Assembly: GCA_000002445.1 (NCBI GenBank)
Contig: CP000068.1
Span: forward strand, 992,001 to 1,056,000
Length of the DNA stretch: 64,000 nucleotides
Direction of reading: 5' to 3'
Source: Trypanosoma brucei
Lineage: Eukaryota
Shown here piece after piece: positions 61,301 to 64,000 of this stretch. Numbering within the stretch: position 1 is the stretch's first letter; the number at the start of each line of letters is the position of its first letter. Both the position numbers and the translations under genes were made by a program. The notes beneath the pieces are model-generated. The model made no database searches, was not told the DNA's origin, and saw only the letters and a program-made list of their open reading frames with translations.

Positions 61301-63999
61301 AACGACAGTTGACCTCCGTCGTATAGTAGGAGAAAGTCTAAAAGCGCGGTGTATGCAGTATCAAGTGTTAATTGCCGTTTATCATGCCATCCCAGAGGAT
61401 TAACGAAACGAACTGATGCGACAAGGGCCCGTACATGAAACAATAACATGTCCTTTAAATCACAGGGTTGCCTCGACCTGCCAATCTCAACTCCCAAATT
61501 ATCAGGAAAGTTTGACCAACTGGAAGTTTTAACATCGTTAGCTACCAGTAGACGAGTGGCTTCGCGCCGCTGCTCTAGTTTTAGCAGCGACACCACGTGG
61601 TCAACAACGACGGTGCGCCGTTCTTCAAGGTCCTCGCGTACCACAAGCAACTGCGTGAGCGCAACCACTCCAGTTGTACTAACTGGTGCATAACCCGATA
61701 GGAATGAGTGCGCCCCGGAAGGCGGTTCAGAAATGCGACTTGTGCGTGGGAAAATAGCATCCACAAGGTTACGAATAACATCATATACTCCTATGTTGGC
61801 GTGGTCCGACCAATGACACGGTTCCCGTGACCATCGTTTGATAGCGAGAGAGGCAAATTGATCAACAACGAGTCCAGCGGCTGTTCCACGCACATATAGC
61901 GGAGCCGCCGTACTGTCCTCTACCTTCACTTGTGTGCTTCGCTCTGGTGACACCAAAGTGAAATAAGCAACTCCCCTCAAAATGTAACCCTGTAAAATGT
62001 CAAGCAAGCCGATGACGTCGAAAAGTCGTGCCTTCTCTCCACGAAAACGGGAAGATGCAGCGACACACTGTTCCATTAGCCAACAAATTGCTTTGGGGTG
62101 GCGAACTTGGCAAGCATCCACCTTCACTGAATTACTACAAAGAACCCCATCGACATACCGACGACAACGCGACAATTCCAACGACATAGGCGGCCACAGC
62201 GAAATCCACGTGGTATCATCACGTACTAATCGAATCGCCAAATTAATATGGTCATCAAAGAAAGAACTTTCACAAACTTGTACATGCCAATGTTTCTGCA
62301 GCCCAAGCTTGCGAATAGCAGCTCCCGCAACGTCGACACACCTTTTTCTAAACAGTGCTTCATCAAAATGTCCCTGCTTCTCTTCCCACTCACGATTCCG
62401 GCTACCACCACAAACAATAGCAGTGTGCGCAAACATCTCAGCAATAAGCTGCCGTTGTTGTTGGGTGCTATTCTTCGAAATTAATGATGAATCCCCACTA
62501 CGTCTTAGCGCACCCACTGCCAGAACGACAAATAACGCTGCTGTATTGTGATCGAGAGGGGCTTCCGCCACCCCTTCTACGTCAGTCGACTCCTGAAGGC
62601 CGCCAAACTCCACGCGACGGATGCACAAAACATTCCACATGCTGATCACAGCGTCTAACAGCGGTGGTGGGCCGTTGAGTCGTTTGAGAACCGCGTGAGC
62701 GACCTCCTGCATGCTGCGACAACATCCAGCAATAAACAAAAGCAACTCACGCTCCTCTTTCACAGGCCCCCCACTACTGAAAAGAGCATAAACGTATTGT
62801 AGACAACTGAAACCGCTACTCACGGCGAGGAGAGTGTCTTCAACAGTTACATCTGTTATATAGCCATCCCCACGCAGCACAGTCATTATGGTTTTACAGT
62901 CGTAGGGGAAAGGAATAACGAAATCTGACCCTTTTGACCCATTTGCACCCACTCTTTCCGACTGTTCTCGCCGAAGTTCCTTGGCCCAAGACATGCCAAA
63001 CAACGCCCGTGGAAAGTTCAGTGTAACTGAGCTAGCAGCAACTGTGGTGGCAGGCACGGTCGCCGAGTTCTCCACAGAGAAGGAGGTGGTGGGAGGTGTT
63101 TCCAACGCCATGGAGGGCGACACCAAAAGAGGTTGAGTCTCTTCACTTTGGAGCCGCCGTCCCAAAGCTGTTGTGGCCTTCAAAGTAGCGTAACTCCAAA
63201 TAATAAAGTGCTGAGTGTCATTACTTATAGCTTCCCACGGCCACAATGCAACGCAGTCGACTATCCACGAATCAAATGTATCACGATCCCGGCCCCGTTG
63301 CTTTTGGGGTGAAGTTCCGATCCCATGAGATAATGATGCCATACGTTCACAGGCTACAAACTGTACGGACGAATCACAACTCAAAAGTGTCCCCAAGACG
63401 CGTTGTCGGCCCTCTCTGTCGTGTTTTTGCCGTGCGTTTCCCAGCACTATAGATGCAGCCTGGAATATCTGTTGATGCCGACGCTGCACTAACAGGCGCA
63501 ACGGCGACGAATCGGGTCCCCGATATTGTGGGGGCGCAAGGCTGCTGCAATTAAAGTGAGCATTGAGGTCCGACGTAGCCCGCAACAGTTCGACATAGTC
63601 TTGCTGCAGACCGGAGTGATGTTTATCATCCCTACGCCCCTCCGAACAAGGTGACCCACAACGAACCTCAAGGAGCGTTTGAAGTGCCACACCCCGGGGC
63701 CACGGTCCACATGATTGGATGGCAACTGCTAGCCTTTCCCAGAGTTTCGCCTTACTAACTAGAACCTCATTTGCATCACTCACTTCTTTTCGCTGCGGCT
63801 GCGACAAAACCAATGAACAGCCACGCGCTGCGGCGAGTGCTAAGTCCCATCTGTTCGGTACGGTGGCACCCACTGCATTAATAACAGAAAACACCACCTC
63901 CTCCGCATGCAGACTAGTATACTCATCACGTTGCCTGTTGGTTACAAGCACACCGAGAACGAGAAGCTCCACCAAATTCTCACCCGAACAAATAATCAT
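55312..63999 (-). CDS. giant hypothetical protein, at least 2895 aa, N-terminus probably beyond the window (5'-partial)
   Basis: Minus-strand ORF open from 55312 to the right-hand window edge. The reported Met at 63999 is simply the first in-window ATG, and the frame remains open. The protein is overwhelmingly helical and Leu/Ala-rich. I recognise no P-loop, kinase, HECT or dynein motifs. It is probably a HEAT/ARM-like solenoid scaffold. Confidence 0.8.
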   Translation of the reverse strand: MIICSGENLVELLVLGVLVTNRQRDEYTSLHAEEVVFSVINAVGATVPNRWDLALAAARGCSLVLSQPQRKEVSDANEVLVSKAKLWERLAVAIQSCGPWPRGVALQTLLEVRCGSPCSEGRRDDKHHSGLQQDYVELLRATSDLNAHFNCSSLAPPQYRGPDSSPLRLLVQRRHQQIFQAASIVLGNARQKHDREGRQRVLGTLLSCDSSVQFVACERMASLSHGIGTSPQKQRGRDRDTFDSWIVDCVALWPWEAISNDTQHFIIWSYATLKATTALGRRLQSEETQPLLVSPSMALETPPTTSFSVENSATVPATTVAASSVTLNFPRALFGMSWAKELRREQSERVGANGSKGSDFVIPFPYDCKTIMTVLRGDGYITDVTVEDTLLAVSSGFSCLQYVYALFSSGGPVKEERELLLFIAGCCRSMQEVAHAVLKRLNGPPPLLDAVISMWNVLCIRRVEFGGLQESTDVEGVAEAPLDHNTAALFVVLAVGALRRSGDSSLISKNSTQQQRQLIAEMFAHTAIVCGGSRNREWEEKQGHFDEALFRKRCVDVAGAAIRKLGLQKHWHVQVCESSFFDDHINLAIRLVRDDTTWISLWPPMSLELSRCRRYVDGVLCSNSVKVDACQVRHPKAICWLMEQCVAASSRFRGEKARLFDVIGLLDILQGYILRGVAYFTLVSPERSTQVKVEDSTAAPLYVRGTAAGLVVDQFASLAIKRWSREPCHWSDHANIGVYDVIRNLVDAIFPRTSRISEPPSGAHSFLSGYAPVSTTGVVALTQLLVVREDLEERRTVVVDHVVSLLKLEQRREATRLLVANDVKTSSWSNFPDNLGVEIGRSRQPCDLKDMLLFHVRALVASVRFVNPLGWHDKRQLTLDTAYTALLDFLLLYDGGQLSLREVDIVTGEVESELEKIFGSGVRRVILASRPRRTAVSQDEAVTVEMLLDFLNGKWKRQDTRRQRQEVRLHYKLHEILASHNGGDVIAGAPEILLLDGEEMKGAEFSALLSAFPDTYTVVQKALWSAAVVPSHDVTFKILDAAVSGNGDVGAICAALQVFATVAPYMVVTTMMLEKVLVLLIEAQKYRVSKSCAALCRSTLDLILRRFQYVPLNTPEAVAMMAELYALLSAKSRTISGMSEIEEVELEHLLWRCVVESDRVERAPLEDALSLLEYHSLKSVHRGCRLFLLYRNNRPHYDPPFLRLGRMLDALLIFRKTPNQSTHVCLTEGLLKSLEKEAYASPMHASSEEIRLLPWRRSLRFMPDNSDECGVEGLRCRFFIVIMTQLFLLRSRGVNAIRHLWKEALVSITRTAEKNMWCVVSGNEHCRRATELALRTIHIAQPLDQWVPALNLVQRLPAVSAGSTLQYFRTVDEALSETLRYVLGACSMTSIPIAVLVEFLRFLAAKPPFVQLISRGCNSSVRHLNCAQMLADLTKKLQKHPYLGWIDGLAVLQSLSFHRPNSSDVTKKTDPKRDNGDKSYIILREAKAAFVTATMQRMYKRQAYEPLLRFVEAAQQTTDNPRIRGRDTLAMLEHAASVVFPISADSNGPWVILSLLNGTLIGKTVDDMLREQSSGTLSRKERHLHDLLRNGQTGDAAVVARQAPQLLQSRATHDACVSLIRRFHHSAVVHFYDELLHGGQDGSECMYAAPTTYIQCYERVVIFRNLPADSLTLAVTAFEVASNCPSGLSERSQWTGVFIAVAWLRAQTNDSVCFEPLALTLRWVQRDVPKTVEGPLSVLEATVQEILSTCEAAEGNQIENDSEGVTSSALRMLCVNRTATRLLVEILSGVFPTTTSRLCGALQREYQKVKLCPPTEEKNEWLDFLCSTAAYNEALYTNNEQYKLLARTPSDTNQRNTILFWRNREIFRARPGGGSSDWLSALAAYVSARSYIGRPCVTAAQATQLVNLMVASGSLGVVVTAARDVFLFSPEAVPLGDSVSTADSICTEALSLLFSGLHSMKRQAINFVNTETSEKHLPMLLQNTLNELEMLNHFVEDVLERLQEKESVSSTSGIGAFWGNTELGCHMIGCLALTPIGTASTTRGNISAANIVSSLERWRLLLLCVLNALPPHQRHASVLNAVMVSIRDAFVILNKLQKCPVPAVTGCQEALKGLWCDALSLVASNNELRRCFFSTGKGCNLSQQGMLRQDVVDALFHCASLTGDRGLNAMKALCDSLVRPHGIRLSEEAMSLLKVACINNMDQRHGLRFLVICESLLGGPPLVAQRQAELLADDMELQELEYLSTVEKKLSVDCAKLVFLVEKRRAAGVRLQRSHYRKLFLLLEERGKGLKPIEMADAVMFLYFSQLQDGSTPDVRDVERLLHVLSRAAVPPLLILQYAKAMTLIPYARTGRNTGQKISSLPRSETNAYEVGEMPYFIPSEELLVLITDAAWKLRFATQEGGCASADETQEGIQMFASFLEWSTQFSRIHCFKPSLVESIVLILCTLPEKASMTPKTMGNESHAVAVTQQFLGDVRVLLPIALSRTFGGHAFSEDAQSIFQMSMRSSGENIGGDRIQIPELVQTVIPTQESLCELRNTALAAAHVIKQQMMLHSSLPISSSLLCRVFAAAVAGCGSTRLSQTLEVLSQIARDDKLITPPLRYLLALTVAEQSVLWDLFYKSACPDVEVEGVTAAVVVHYVSKAFDIVRLCFAPKESLTLGEVLLPCSSGEGAEDCNEFEDKGDWGQGRGLSWEERLGEVNGEPTSTRSCDNDLLLWEKSLQLFGVFFLNARPKADLSVPFVTLLEILCRCGQWSSACKYVARVGAPGQQPLRRTLQALTNPPKRESGFDTSVNADDIDTEKLLSQHVVVDGFLLERLVRTVYTAHQLWQRQHVVNTERSNNIPLGFWRLALHLLEEHKLFVKRSLIASDSDARNGKAHSSLSPSTFAVMMKIRPQ

Positions 64000-64000
64000 T

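Noticed and set aside
1-64000. CRISPR array, mobile elements or retroposons
   Set aside because: This is a eukaryotic (kinetoplastid-like) sequence, so CRISPR is not applicable. The only tandem repeats are dinucleotide or trinucleotide microsatellites. I found no long poly-A-tailed retroposon-like unit, no reverse-transcriptase or endonuclease ORFs, and no target-site duplications.

Overview
This window reads as one strand-consistent eukaryotic gene array. Every credible protein-coding ORF is on the minus strand. The ORFs are long and intronless. They are separated by 0.7-2.9 kb spacers full of (TA)n, (GT)n and (GA)n microsatellites, homopolymer runs and polypyrimidine tracts on the coding strand. 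This matches part of a kinetoplastid (Trypanosoma-like) polycistronic transcription unit. The SUMO sequence matches my recollection of T. brucei SUMO, but I cannot verify the species. I found no strand-switch region, no tRNA or rRNA, no CRISPR array and no recognisable retroposon. Such features would not be expected in an interior segment of a unit like this. I support 17 minus-strand CDS. Two are confidently named: SUMO/Smt3 and the SEC11-type signal peptidase catalytic subunit. One is a 3'-truncated SPX-domain-like gene at the left edge that is absent from the supplied ORF track. The remainder are mostly large hypothetical proteins with a recognisable architecture or composition but no confident name: a WD40 protein with a helical C-terminal region, a coiled-coil protein, a His/Met-rich protein, a mitochondrial-type small protein, and giant helical proteins of 2186 aa and at least 2895 aa. 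The two most unusual genes are described next. (1) A receptor-like membrane protein of 1253 aa has a cytosolic N-terminus, a first TM helix, a roughly 350-aa N-glycosylation-motif-rich ectodomain, a second TM helix, a divergent class-III nucleotidyl-cyclase homology domain and a C-terminal pseudokinase. (2) A protein of about 1550 aa has N-terminal poly-Gln, PPxY-type proline motifs, and a C-terminal tandem of two WW-like modules flanking an Arg/Ser/His-rich (RS-like) block. All functional assignments come from reading motifs in the translations. No database search was possible.
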